A program made the position numbers and the translations under genes. From assembly GCF_001194135.2 (NCBI RefSeq), contig NC_068991.1:53206741-53247393 (forward strand): a stretch of 40,653 nucleotides of DNA, in the 5' to 3' direction. The notes beneath the pieces are model-generated. The model saw only the letters and a program-made list of their open reading frames with translations, was not told where the DNA came from and ran no database searches. The stretch is from Octopus bimaculoides (Eukaryota). The stretch's first letter is position 1, and the number at the start of each line of letters is the position of its first letter. Shown here piece after piece: positions 1 to 10,212 of this stretch.

Positions 1-207
1 GTGGCCGTTTTCGTGCGGGTGACACGTAAAAGCACCCACTACACTCTCTGAGTGGTTGGCGTTAGGAAGGGCATCCAGCTGTAGAAACTCTGCCAAATTA
101 GATTGGAGCCTGGTGTTGCCATCCGGTTTCACCAGTCCTCAGTCAAATCGTCCAACCCATGCTAGCATGGAAAGTGGACGTTAAACGATGATGATGATGA
201 TGATGAT
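1..207 (+). mobile_element. RTE-clade LINE 3' end with (GAT)n tail; the 5' part lies outside the window
   Basis: Reverse complement of the tail of the RTE copy at 827-2010; about 95 nt match 36340-36461 with 2 mismatches; ends TTAAAC(GAT)7. Confidence 0.85.
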
Positions 208-221
208 ATATATATATATAT

Positions 222-702
222 TTCAAGAAGAATGAAGATAAAGAAAAATTCGTTACAAAAATTAAGATATTAGGATGGGCAATAATGTACAAGGGAAAGT
301 GTCTTGTGAAGGAGCTCAATGAAACAGATATGCATACAATTTCTTCAGGACATTATTATTCAGACTAAGCTAATAGTTCTAGATGAGTTTATTGGGAAGT
401 TAATGTGATTTTCATATTTTCAGCCATTCAGTTTGGGGCAGAACTTCGTTATGAAGTATTGTTCCATATTTTTTCTGAAGAAGGTGTCATTCCTTGGGCA
501 TTTATAGAAGGAAAAGATCTTAAATTTTCCTTCTCCACATGTTTCTAAGTGTTTACCCAGTGGAATCTTTTTCAGTTCCTCCTGTCAGACATGTTGTCGG
601 GGAATTCTGGCTTGTTGGCATAAAGAATTTCCAGTTTTGCCTATATAATTCTCCTTGCATGTGGGACAAGTTATGCAGTATATTACGTTCTGTGTCTTGC
701 AA

Positions 703-707
<5 letters not shown>
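222..707 (-). mobile_element. 5'-truncated Penelope-like element fragment (endonuclease plus presumed 3' UTR) inside a (TA)n tract
   Basis: Contains the GIY-YIG relic at 420-707, with (TA)n on both sides. The left boundary is inferred from the start of the TA run. Confidence 0.65.
420..707 (-). pseudogene. GIY-YIG endonuclease domain of a Penelope-like element, with one in-frame stop
   Basis: Read-through translation: [94 protein letters not shown]. It has the NVIY-CxxC-YIG core, a conserved His and the C-terminal E..FI..F.P.LN pattern of PLE endonucleases. Confidence 0.85.
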
Positions 708-748
<41 letters not shown>

Positions 749-759
749 TACATATATAT

Positions 760-799
<40 letters not shown>

Positions 800-826
800 G
801 TACATATATATATATATATATATATA
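706..826. repeat. Compound (TA)n/(CA)n microsatellite
   Basis: Directly visible. Confidence 0.95.
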
Positions 827-994
827 CATCATCATCATCATCATCATTTAACGTCCACTTTCCATGCTAGCATGGGTTGGACAATTTGACTGAGGACTGG
901 CGAACCAGATGGCTGCACCAGGCTCCAGTCTGATCTGACAGAGTTTCTACAGCTGGATGCCCTTCCTAACGCCAAACACTCTGAGAGTGTAGTG

Positions 995-1473
995 GGTGCT
1001 TTTACGTGTCACTGGCACGAGGGCCAGTCAGGTGGTACTGGCAACGACCACACTCAAATAGTGTTTTTTACGTGCCACCTGCACAGGAGCCAGTCCAATG
1101 GCACTGGCAACGACCACGCTCAAATGTTTTACCATGTGCCACCGGCACAAGTGCCAGTAAGGTGATGCTGGTAACAATCACGCTCAAATGGTCCTATTTA
1201 CATGCCACCGGCATGGAAGCCAGACAGCTGCTCTGGCAATGATCACGCTCGGACAGTACTGTTAGCGCTCCACTGGCATGGGTGCCAATCATCAAATTTG
1301 GTTCAATTACAATTTCGATTTCACGTGCCCCTACAGGTCTTTGCAAGCAGAGTTTAGTGTCCAATGAAGGAAAGGTTGGCATGGGTGCCAGTCGTCGAAT
1401 TTTGTTCGATTTCGATTTCACTTGCATCAACAGGTCTTCGCAAGCAGAGTTTAGAGTCCAATGAAGGAAAGGT
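995..1473. repeat. Tandem arrays in the RTE 3' UTR: about 65 bp x4-5, then about 100 bp x2
   Basis: GTGYCACYGGCAY-like motif at about 1006, 1072, 1136, 1202 and 1268; GGCATGGGTGCCA...AATGAAGGAAAGGT at 1275-1376 and 1378-1473. Confidence 0.85.
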
Positions 1474-1523
1474 ACGCATAAGTGGGCTGGCTACACCCAT
1501 GGCAAAGGCCACAGATTATGGTC

Positions 1524-2010
1524 TCACTTGGCTTGCGGGGTCTTCTCACGCACAACATATTTCCAAAGGTCTCGGTCACTAGTCATTGCCTCGGTGAGGC
1601 CTAATGTTCGAAGGTCATGCTTCACTACCTCATCCCAGGTCTTCCTGTGTCTACCTCTTCCACAGATTACCTCAACCGCTAGGGTGTGGCACTTTTTCAC
1701 ACAGCTATCCTCATCCGTTCTCGCCACATGACCATACCAGCGCAATCGTCTCTCTTGCACACCACAACTGATGCTTCTTAGGTTCAACTTTTCTCTCAAT
1801 GTACTTACACTCTGTCTAATATGCACACTGACATTACACATCCATCGGAGCATGCTGGCTTCATTTCTTGGGAGCTTACGCATGTCCTCAGCAGCCACGG
1901 CCCATGTTTCACTGCCATGTAGCAAGGCTGTTCGTACACATGTGTCATACAGTCTACCTTTTACTCTGAGCAAGAGGCCCTTTGTCACCAGCTATCTGAA
2001 CTTTGCCCAG
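1524..2010 (-). pseudogene. RTE reverse transcriptase C-terminal (thumb) region, truncated
   Basis: WAKFR*LVTKGLLLRVKGRLYDTCVRTALLHGSETW...ERRLRWYGHVAR...GRGRHRKTWDEVV. Confidence 0.9.
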
Positions 2011-2067
2011 CTTCTGTTTCTGTAAAATAAGATTGTACTAATTTTGGTTTCATTAGTACTAATATTG

Positions 2068-2277
2068 GTTTCATATTTTGGCACAAGGCCAGCAATTTGT
2101 AGGGAGGGGTAAGTGAATTACATCAATCCCAACCCTCAACTGGTATTTATTTTATTGACCCCCACAAAAGGATGAAAGTTAAGCTGACCTCAGAATTTGA
2201 ACACAGAATGTGATGTTGGAAGAAATGTCACTAAGCATTTTGTCCGGTGTGTTAACAATTCTGCCAACTCACTGCTT
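2068..2277 (-). mobile_element. tRNA-derived SINE, family B (Deu/Nin-like core), decayed
   Basis: Homologous to 8349-8553, 28612-28813 and 29579-29810. The family core GCCTTTCATCCTT...GATAAAATAAGTACCAG resembles the Deu/Nin domain. Confidence 0.75.
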
Positions 2278-2480
2278 TACTATATTTTGTAATATTATTT
2301 TTTGGCACGACAAGACCAGCAATTTTGCTGCTTAGCATTTCATCAGATGCGCTAACGATTCTGCTAGCTCACTGTCATCATCATCATTACTGTCATCATT
2401 GTTTAACATCTGCTTTCCATGCTGGCATTGGTAGGTCCTTTCTACTATAATCACAAGGCTTGAAATTTGTGAGGAGGCTT

Positions 2481-2763
2481 TCATATGCGTATCTGTTTGA
2501 TGTAACTGAAGGTAAATTTTATTGTTGATTACCAAATAATCTTAGTTTCTATAACCTGATCAATGACTTCTTAAATAAAAAGCAGAATATTCCATCAAAT
2601 ATTTTGTTTTCCAACGCTATTTTGCATTTCAACTTTGTAGTCCCTATTTACTTCACAATATCATTCTATACTGACGCCAATATCTTCGGGTCATTCTGAT
2701 CTCTACTTACCAAGGTCCTGTAAAATGCTAGGTATAACTATTAATTAGATTTATCACGATATA
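2481..2763. repeat. 283-bp direct repeat, copy 1
   Basis: Colinear with 3728-4010; 13 substitutions counted by eye, no indels. Confidence 0.95.
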
Positions 2764-2765
2764 AT

Positions 2766-2893
2766 AACTGGTACCTATTTTATAGAAAGGCAAAGTCAAC
2801 CTTGACCAAATTTGAACTCAGAATGCAGAGATGGACGAAATGCCACTAAGCATTTTGTCCAGCATGCTAATGATTCTGCTAGCTCGCTACCTT
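2766..2893 (-). mobile_element. Family B SINE, 5' portion
   Basis: ACTGGTACC..GGCAAAGTCAACCTTG..TTTGAACTCAGAA..CTAAGCATTT..GATTCTGCTAGCTCGC. Confidence 0.75.
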
Positions 2894-3389
2894 TTTGACA
2901 TGTAGCATATCGTTTTTGTTTAGTCCAGTTTAAATCTAACTGAGCTGACATACAATGAAAGGTATTCCAGTCATCTTTTTTCGTTTTTGTAAATCAGGAG
3001 GCTATGCTTATATATTATGTTGTATTACTTGAATATTACTTTAGGACGGTAAGACATTTTTTTAGGGAAATGTCATTGCAATTTCTTGCAAGTTGTGTAA
3101 CTACAAAGAGGATAATTTATGATTAAAGAGAAAAGTGTAGAACACTTAGTTAAACAGAGTGTATTCCCACCCGGTATGATTGTATGAAAGTGTAATGAAG
3201 TGCTACAACCAGTCCATAAAGTAGACTGATGACTCAACTGCCTTCTGATATCAGGTTTACTTAGGGAGGTAGTCATTATTGAAAATGAAATTGGCTTGAA
3301 AGGTAGTCACAGGTAAAATTTGACAATGGGAAATAGGGCGTGATCTTTATGTACTTTGTAACTATTTTTTGTTGCAGGCTTAGTGATTC

Positions 3390-3473
3390 TGGTGGTGGAG
3401 GTGGTGGTGGTGGCGGTGGTGGTGGTGGGGGAGTGGTGGTGGTAGTGGTGGCGGTGGCAGTGGAAGTGGTGGT
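3390..3473. repeat. Imperfect (GGT)n microsatellite
   Basis: Directly visible. Confidence 0.9.
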
Positions 3474-3727
3474 ATTTCAGTTAAATATTCAATAATATTA
3501 AAATGGCTGAGACCATTTCATGTATTGTGGTATCTTCAAAACTTCAACAGTAACTTTCCCTGAAACTCCAGCAATTTTCCCATGTCCTTAATTCATTGTT
3601 AAATAACCCACTCACTGTTATTCTCTTTGGTTTCTGCTGCTGGCCCTTCTGTTGACCTCATTACTAAACAGACTCTCTTTACTTTCTACCTCTCTATCCC
3701 ATACATACAACTTTTTTAACAAGGTTG

Positions 3728-4010
3728 TCATATGCTTATCTGTTTGATGTAACTGAAAGTAAATTTTATTGTTGATTACCAAATAATCTTAGTTTCCATA
3801 ACCTGATCAATGATTTCCTGAATAAAAAGCAGGATATTCCATCAAATATTTTGTTTTCCAACGCTATTTTGCATTTCAACTTTGTAGTCCCAATTTACTT
3901 CATGATATCATTCTATACTGACGCCAATATCTTCAGGTCATTCTGATCTCTACTTACCAAAGTCCTCTAAAATGCTAGGTATAACTATTAATTAGATTTA
4001 TCACGATATA
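3728..4010. repeat. 283-bp direct repeat, copy 2
   Basis: About 95% identical to 2481-2763, offset by 1247 bp. Confidence 0.95.
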
Positions 4011-4419
4011 TATTTTATAAAACACTGAAGTTGTTAATCTGTTGCACCTGTTGACTGAATTCTTCTCAAAATACTCTTGTCACTTCTCAGAAACTGTTAT
4101 TAACTTAGGTGACAACTGACTCAGTTTGACAGAATTAATGTTTGTAGTCATCATAGATTGAGGTGATCTAGACTGTATACAACATAAATGATCACCATTT
4201 ATATCTATGTAGCATACTTAATACATTAGCAGTGTTGAGTATTGTCTCAGAAAAGACTTTTTCTCTACTACGATGACTGCTGTGGTTTTAAATTATTACA
4301 GAAAAAAATGTAGAAAGAGGATCATGATCAAATTTTTATTTAACCACTGTCCAGGTGAAAAGAATGGTGTATAATCTCCTGCACTTTTGATTTATTTGAT
4401 GAGAAATTATATAAAATTC

Positions 4420-4652
4420 TTTTATCTTTTATCTTCTTCTCATTTCAGTCATTAAACTACAGCCATACCAGGATTTTTAATCAAATGAATCAACCCCACT
4501 ACATATTTTTTTGTTTTTTAAGCCTGGTATTTATTCTATCAGCCTTTTTTGCTGAACTGCTAAGTTATAGGGATATGAACACACCAACAGTGGTTGTCAA
4601 GCAGTGTTCAGGGACAAACACAGCCATAAAGACAGACAGACAGACACACATG

Positions 4653-4719
<67 letters not shown>

Positions 4720-4876
4720 GGCCTCCATTTTCTGTCTACAAAATCTACTCACAAGGCTTTGGTCAGCCTAAGGTTATAATATAAGGCACTTGCCCAAGGC
4801 GTCACACAGTGGGACTGAACCCAGAACCATATGGTTGGGAAGCAAGCTTCTTACCACCCAACCATGCCTGTGCCTA
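4420..4876 (-). mobile_element. tRNA-derived SINE, family C (CORE-like segment, internal (TG)n, long tail)
   Basis: Minus-strand head with A box GTGGTAAG-like and B box GGTTCAGTCCC, then CCTTGGGCAAGTG; (CA)n at about 4646-4717; many homologues in the window. Confidence 0.85.
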
Positions 4877-4910
4877 TAAATAGATTATGGTAAATAATGG
4901 TTTCAAATTT

Positions 4911-5103
4911 TGGAACAGGGCCAACAGTTTTTTGAGAGGAAGTGGAAGTCATGTACATTGGCATCTGTTCTTGACTGGTACTTATTTTATTGAGTCTGAA
5001 AGGACAAAAGGCAAAGTCATCTTCAGTGAAAATTGAACTCAGAATGCAGAGAAATACATCAAGCAGAGCACGCTCTTTGTCCGGTATGCTAACGATTCTG
5101 CAA
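4911..5103 (-). mobile_element. Family B SINE, decayed
   Basis: ACTGGTACTTATTTTAT..GGCAAAGTC..TTGAACTCAGAA..GCTAACGATTCTG. Confidence 0.7.
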
Positions 5104-5376
5104 TGTTCAGTTCATAAATAAAATGTTCAGTTTATTTAAGTCAGATAGAATGCAAGCAGAATCAATTTCAATTTAATATGAGAAACAGGAATTTGAATTA
5201 ATACAATGTAAGTGTTACAGGTATAGTCCTTGTGGAGTTCAGCGGAAAGAAAAATATAAATAAATAAGTTTTGTAGCTGTTCATGTAGAAATTAAGGCAT
5301 TGGTGCCTGCAAATCACTCACCTGGAATTTTTTTGAAATAGAAAACTTGTATGTATTTGACCAACCAGCGAACTCT

Positions 5377-6320
5377 TCACCCACTTCTTGTTCGAGTTTG
5401 CTGTGGAGACGGTGGGGAACTTGTGGGAGGTGTTGATGAGACTGTGTCAGTTTGGTGCAGAGTCGACGAAGGTGATGACGAATCTGGTCTGACGATAGCT
5501 TTGTTAAATTGATTGATACTAATAGTATTTGGCTTGCCATTCATGTCGACAATGAAGTATTTTTTCCTTCTCTGTAGTACTCTGTAGGGTCCAGAATACG
5601 GTGGACAGATTGTGATGGTATTGCATCGTTCCAAATAAAAACGTGCTTCCATTTGTTAATGTCCAAGGGGACATATGTGTCAGTTTTCTGCGAACGGGGT
5701 GTGTTAGGTGAGAGATGGGACATATGTGCATGGGGATGATGTACATGAAATGTGGGATCAAGAATATCCCTTGGAGGAACTGGAGCGATCGTTTGCCCAG
5801 GCAGGGCCAGTGTGGTGTTGTAAACTAACTCAGCCAGTGAGTGACCGATGTCGTCCTTAATAGATACACGGATACCGAGCAGAATAAGAGGAAGAAATTC
5901 CATCCAGTTGGTTAGGTCTGGACATGCTTGTATGGCTGATTTCAGTTGCCTGTGGGATCGCTCTATCATGCCATTTGCCACTGGATGATACGCGGTTGTG
6001 CAGCAGTGTTTGGAACTGATCGGGCATGTGAGTTCGCTGTAAAGGCACGAATCAAGTTGCCGTCCTCTGTCTGTTGTGATGGTTGCAAGGGCACTAAAAC
6101 ACAATACCCAGTGTGATATCAGTGCTTTAGCAATGGTTTCTGCAGAAGTATCAGACAGAGGGAAAGCTTCAGGCCATCGAGAAAAGCGGTTGATGCAGGT
6201 CAACAGATGTGTATAGTTGTTAGACGGTGGTAGAGGTCCGACTATATCTATGTGGATGTGTTGAAAACTCGCGTCAGATGTTGTGAAAGTGTCAAGAGGC
6301 GATTTTGACAGGCAGCGCAA
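5377..6320 (-). pseudogene. Gypsy integrase core plus GPY/F region, frameshifted
   Basis: HIHIDIVGPLP, TTDRG and HPVANGMIERSHRQLK give D-D(35)-E spacing; PPYSGPYRVL lies in the neighbouring frame (5377-5652). Confidence 0.92.
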
Positions 6321-6529
6321 CTCTTAACCCAAGCATGGCTGTCCTTGTTAATGTTTGTCCACACAAAACGAGTTGTTATCATCTTCTGTGTGGGACAAAT
6401 GCTGGGGTGTGATAGACAGTGAAGGGCAGTGAAAATACATCGTCGGTGTTGTTCGAGGACATAAGGATGTTCATGGCCAGTGGAGGTATCACACCTTTTC
6501 TGACAGGTAGAAGAAGATAATGGGAACAG

Positions 6530-7233
6530 CTAGAACTTGAGGGACGACAAATTCCGTAGCCTATTAAGCTCTTCGTCGTTTTCCTGATCTGCCACGATCA
6601 GCTGAAGATCATTAGTCTCTGGAGCATGCAGAGCATTAAGATGGACATATGAAAGTGCGTCTGCTGCTGTGTTGTCTGAGCCTTTGATATGCCGAATATC
6701 TGTGGAATATTGGGCAATGAAGTCAAGGTGACGGACTTCTCTGGGAGAATGGTAGTCAGGTCTCTTCCCAAAGGTGTATATTAGCGATTTATGGTCCGTG
6801 TAGATGCTGAAAATGGACCCTTCTAACATATGGTGGAAGTGTTTTATGGACAGATAACAGCCAGTAGCTCACATCCAAAAGTACTGTATTTCTTCTCCGC
6901 AGGTTGAAATCACTTGGAGAAAAATGACAATGGTTGCCAAATGCCATCAACCAACTACTGAAGGACACCACCGACTCCGGACATGGATGCGTCAACCAGC
7001 AAACTGAGTGGAACACCAGGTTTCGGGTAGACTAGCATCATGGCCCTAGCTAGCATATCCTTTAGTTTATTGAAGGAGGCCAGCTCTTTGTCGCCTAGCA
7101 TTATAGCCTGTCTCTTCTTTGTTTTGTCACGCAGGACATCTGTAAGTGGTTGAGCTACTTTGGCGCAGTGTGGTAGAAAACACTGGTAGAAGTTAATTAA
7201 TCCCCAAAATTCGCGGAGTTTCTGAAGGGACAT
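6530..7233 (-). pseudogene. Gypsy RT connection and RNase H, fragmented
   Basis: LREFWGLINFY, LLVDASMSGVGGVLQ, FSIYTDHKSL, IRHIKGSDNTAADALS. Confidence 0.9.
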
Positions 7234-7239
7234 AAGAAT

Positions 7240-7718
7240 AAGGAATTCAACTATTGCCTCCAGCTTTTTGGGTAGGGGTCAGATTCCATCCTTGTCAACA
7301 ATATGGCTGAGGAAAGGTAGAGACGAGACACCAAAAATACATTTACTGGTGTTGATTACGATGCCGTAGTCAGCTAACCGCTGGAATAGTTGATCTAAAT
7401 GCTTTTCATGTTCAGCTTCAGATTTTCTTGCTACCAGTATATCATTGATGTACGCATACACGAATGGTAAGCCCCTTGTAACAGTATCTATAAAGTACTG
7501 GAATGTCTGCACTGCATTACAGAGACCGAAGGGCATCCACAAAAACTCGAATAGGCCAAAGGGCGTGGCAGTTGCCATTTTTGGAACATCGTCAGGTTCA
7601 ATGGGTATCTGGTTGTAGGCCCGTACTAGGTCGATTTTAGAAAAAAATCTGTGCTCCGTTCAGTGAACCAGAAAAATCCTGCAAGTATGGTATGGGATAG
7701 GTGTCAGCCACTGTAGCT
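7240..7718 (-). pseudogene. Gypsy reverse transcriptase, catalytically dead
   Basis: [40 protein letters not shown]; YIDD is mutated to YIND; one frameshift near 7645. Confidence 0.92.
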
Positions 7719-7720
7719 CA

Positions 7721-7975
7721 TATCTCCACATTCAAGATTTTAAATGCTCAACCATACAATAGTGCACTTTATATACCAGTGCGATTTAACCCATCCTTCA
7801 CTCACAGAGAGAATCCCTTTGTTGGCTGCAGAGTTCGTAGCTTTCTAAACTTTTACCACTCCTGTTCTTATTCTGTCTGCTATGCTTTTTGAGCATGTGC
7901 CTCGTCTTCTAATAAAGTCACCTAAGTAAGGGAAGCTATCAATTATGTCTATGGAACCTTCTGAGCATTTGAAAC
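7721..7975 (-). pseudogene. Old RTE RT C-terminal fragment abutting the Gypsy RT
   Basis: Manual translation with one frameshift: IIDSFPYLGD..SIADRIRTG / W*KFRKL..TKGFSL*VK..SALLYG*..LNVE, parallel to the ORF at 1524-2010. Confidence 0.75.
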
Positions 7976-8348
7976 AACAATTTATCTGATGAGTGCTCTG
8001 ACTGTTAATTACTCTTTGACATCTGCTACAATGGTATTACCCACCCAGCCACCACTCTACTTCTAACCCACTCAGTGGTAAGGTAAGACTGTCTTTTTAG
8101 TGGTGGTGCCATGTAAAATGTACCCAGTACACACCATAAGGTGGTTTCATTTGAGCAGAGAAACTATTACAGTGAGGTCTCATTAGTCCTGTTTTGTTTA
8201 GGACTATTCAATCTCTCTCATGTTGGGAGTCATGAGAAAATACAACCAGTACATTTTGTAAAGTAGTTGGTGACAGGACGAGCATCCAGCTGTAGAAACA
8301 AAGTCAAAATGTGTGTAGAAACATCAGTCAAGAAGAGTAGAGGCTAAA

Positions 8349-8553
8349 GGCAGCAGGCTGGCAGAATAGTTAGCACACTAGGCAAACTGCTGAGCAGCAT
8401 TTCATTTGTCTTTACATTCTGAGTTCAAATTCCACCAAGGTTGACTTTGTCTTTCATCCTTTCAGAGTCGATAAAGTAAGTACCAGTTGAGCACTGGGAT
8501 CAATGTAATCAACTTGGCCTAAAACTGCTGGCTTTATGCCAAAATTTCAAACC
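8349..8553 (+). mobile_element. Family B SINE, near full length
   Basis: GGCAG..CTGGCAGAATAGTTAGCAC head, GAGTTCAAATTCC B box, CTTTCATCCTTTCAGAGTCGATAAAGTAAGTACCAG core. Confidence 0.8.
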
Positions 8554-8810
8554 AACAGTGGTTCACATTTAGAAATAACTTGAGAACCCATCTAACTCAT
8601 GCTGGCATGTAAAGTGGATGTATGATTATGATGCTGCTGCTGCTGATGGTATATATAATTATATAATTAAGTTACTACTCATACATAATTAAGTACTACT
8701 GCTATCACAGCCTTAAGTGGACTTCACAAATTTAGTACTTTGTTGTTGTGGTAGTAGCAGATGTAGTAGTAGTAGCAGCAGCAGCAACAGACAGTAATAG
8801 TATTGGTGTT

Positions 8811-8932
8811 GGTGGTTATGATGGTGGTGGTGGTGGTGGTGGTGGTGGTGGTAGTGGTGGTGGTGGTGGTATTGGCACTGGTGATAGTAAGAGTACTACC
8901 ACCACCATCATGACCACCACCACCACCACCAC
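8811..8932. repeat. (GGT)n followed by (ACC)n, an inverted microsatellite pair
   Basis: GGT run at about 8811-8871; ACC run at about 8897-8932. Confidence 0.85.
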
Positions 8933-9064
8933 TGCGCTACTGCCTCCACACTGGACAATAACAATCTTTGATATACAAAAAAACAGATGGTCATGACTGG
9001 ATTGTCTTCCATCATAAACAGTGGGACATGGATCATGTACATAATTATATACATGCATGAGCAT

Positions 9065-9119
9065 GTACACACACACACATACACACATGCACACACACAC
9101 ACATGTACACAGGCACACG

Positions 9120-9172
<53 letters not shown>
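9065..9172. repeat. (CA)n microsatellite
   Basis: Directly visible. Confidence 0.95.
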
Positions 9173-9174
<2 letters not shown>

Positions 9175-9175
<1 letters not shown>

Positions 9176-9340
9176 GAAGCAAAACACTTCATTTCATGTT
9201 GCTCCAATCCACTAAGCTGGCAAAAATGAGTAATCCCGCAATGGACCAGTGTCCCGTCTGGGTGGGAAACGTATATGCCATGAAATCAGGAAACTAGCCC
9301 TTATGAGTCAATATAACTCGAGAAGGTTACTACTAAGGTT
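9175..9340 (+). mobile_element. Family E SINE, 3' half
   Basis: Matches about 19945-20110: GCAAAACACTTCATTTC..CCTTATGAGTC..GAGAAGGT. Confidence 0.8.
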
Positions 9341-9397
9341 ATTTTTACTCATGCACACACACATAGACAAACACAAACACATACATACATACTAGAC

Positions 9398-9605
9398 GGT
9401 TTCTGTTACCTAGGTGACCTATTCAGCCATGGAGGAGGATATTCTGAAAGTTTTCTATGAGAATATGTCTGGCCATAGGCAAATATTACCTTGTATAGAA
9501 ACAGATGGCAGTTGGTGACAGGAAGTGCATCCAGTTGCAAAAAAAAATCTGTCTCATTTAATTCCATCCAACCCATGCAAGTGTGTTGAAGGGGGACATT
9601 AAATT
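9398..9605 (+). mobile_element. Internally deleted RTE derivative (RT snippet plus decayed tail)
   Basis: 9398-9452 reads GFCYLGDLFSHGGGYSES; followed by tail-like GTTGGTGACAGGAAGTGCATCCAG..CCAACCCATGC..GACATTAAA. Confidence 0.55.
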
Positions 9606-10127
9606 AATCATACAAGAGTTTGAAACTTGTTCCAATCTACAACAACAATCTTTTGAACAACAAATAATCCTTATTGTTGAAGCAGTTGTTTGGCTGTCAT
9701 GTGGTTAGAGATATTTTTGAATTTTGTTCCAGTAATTTTTTACTCATTTTATGTAGCTGATAGAGATTTTAACCTGTGATTATAGGAAGAGCAAAATTTT
9801 TGTATATTTTGTAGTTTGTTGTCAAAATATTAGGCCCATATGGTAGGCCAGACACTGTGGTGGTGTAATCTAAAATTCATATGTAAGTAGTGCCACACTA
9901 CAAGTGTTCCCTGCTACTTCTTTCTGTAAAAAACTTGTCCACAAAAGTTGCCTGTACTAGTGCCACATAAAAAGTACACTATGTAAAAAAACACCCATGC
10001 TGACACGACATAAAAAGCTACCAGTACACAGTAGATACCATATCAAAACAGACAACTGGAGCCTGGTGCAGCTTTCCAACTTGCTAGCTTCTGTCAAAGT
10101 CAGCATGGAAAACTGACATTAAATGAT

Positions 10128-10165
10128 AGTGTGTGTGTGTGTATGTGTGTGTGTGTGTGCGTGCA

Positions 10166-10210
<45 letters not shown>
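10128..10210. repeat. (TG)n microsatellite
   Basis: Directly visible. Confidence 0.95.

Positions 10211-10212
<2 letters not shown>

Larger units (their letters stand above)
827..2010 (-). mobile_element. 5'-truncated RTE-clade LINE: RT C-terminus, repetitive 3' UTR and (GAT)n tail
   Basis: ORF 1524-1988 has RTE hallmarks (LLHGSETW, EASMLRWMC, RLRWYGHVAR, GRGR.RKTW); (CAT)n at 827-847 is the tail. Confidence 0.92.
5317..7718 (-). mobile_element. pol: Ty3/Gypsy LTR retrotransposon, pol portion only, fragmented by stops and frameshifts
   Basis: Domain order RT-RNaseH-integrase on the minus strand; no gag, protease or 5' LTR detected. Confidence 0.95.

Noticed and set aside
134-146. CTGAGGA-CTGGT-GAAAC in the antisense of the RTE tail (about 117-142) as a hammerhead
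   Set aside because: There is no room for stem II; CTGGT/ACCGG simply forms a hairpin spanning the GAA.
222-352. CTGAAGA...GAAA on the minus strand of the PLE 3' region as a second hammerhead
   Set aside because: About 120 nt separate the boxes and no stem II closes the core.
539-889. ORFs rich in YI, HT, VC, poly-H, poly-I, poly-M or poly-G (also 4485, 8748-9229, 18132-18559, 33149-33455 and others)
   Set aside because: They are translations of microsatellites or of N gaps.
995-1473. CRISPR-like array
   Set aside because: Whole units are homologous, with no unique spacers; they sit in a eukaryotic LINE UTR with no cas genes.
3255-3500. Two phase-compatible exons encoding a Gly-rich peptide
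   Set aside because: The second exon is a (GGT)n microsatellite, the peptide is unrecognisable and phase agreement has a 1-in-3 chance.
2481-4010. The direct repeats as LTRs of a TRIM
   Set aside because: No TG..CA ends, PBS, PPT or TSD.
5100-5316. Gypsy 3' LTR
   Set aside because: Only a degenerate PPT-like stretch and a non-canonical start; there is no second LTR for comparison.
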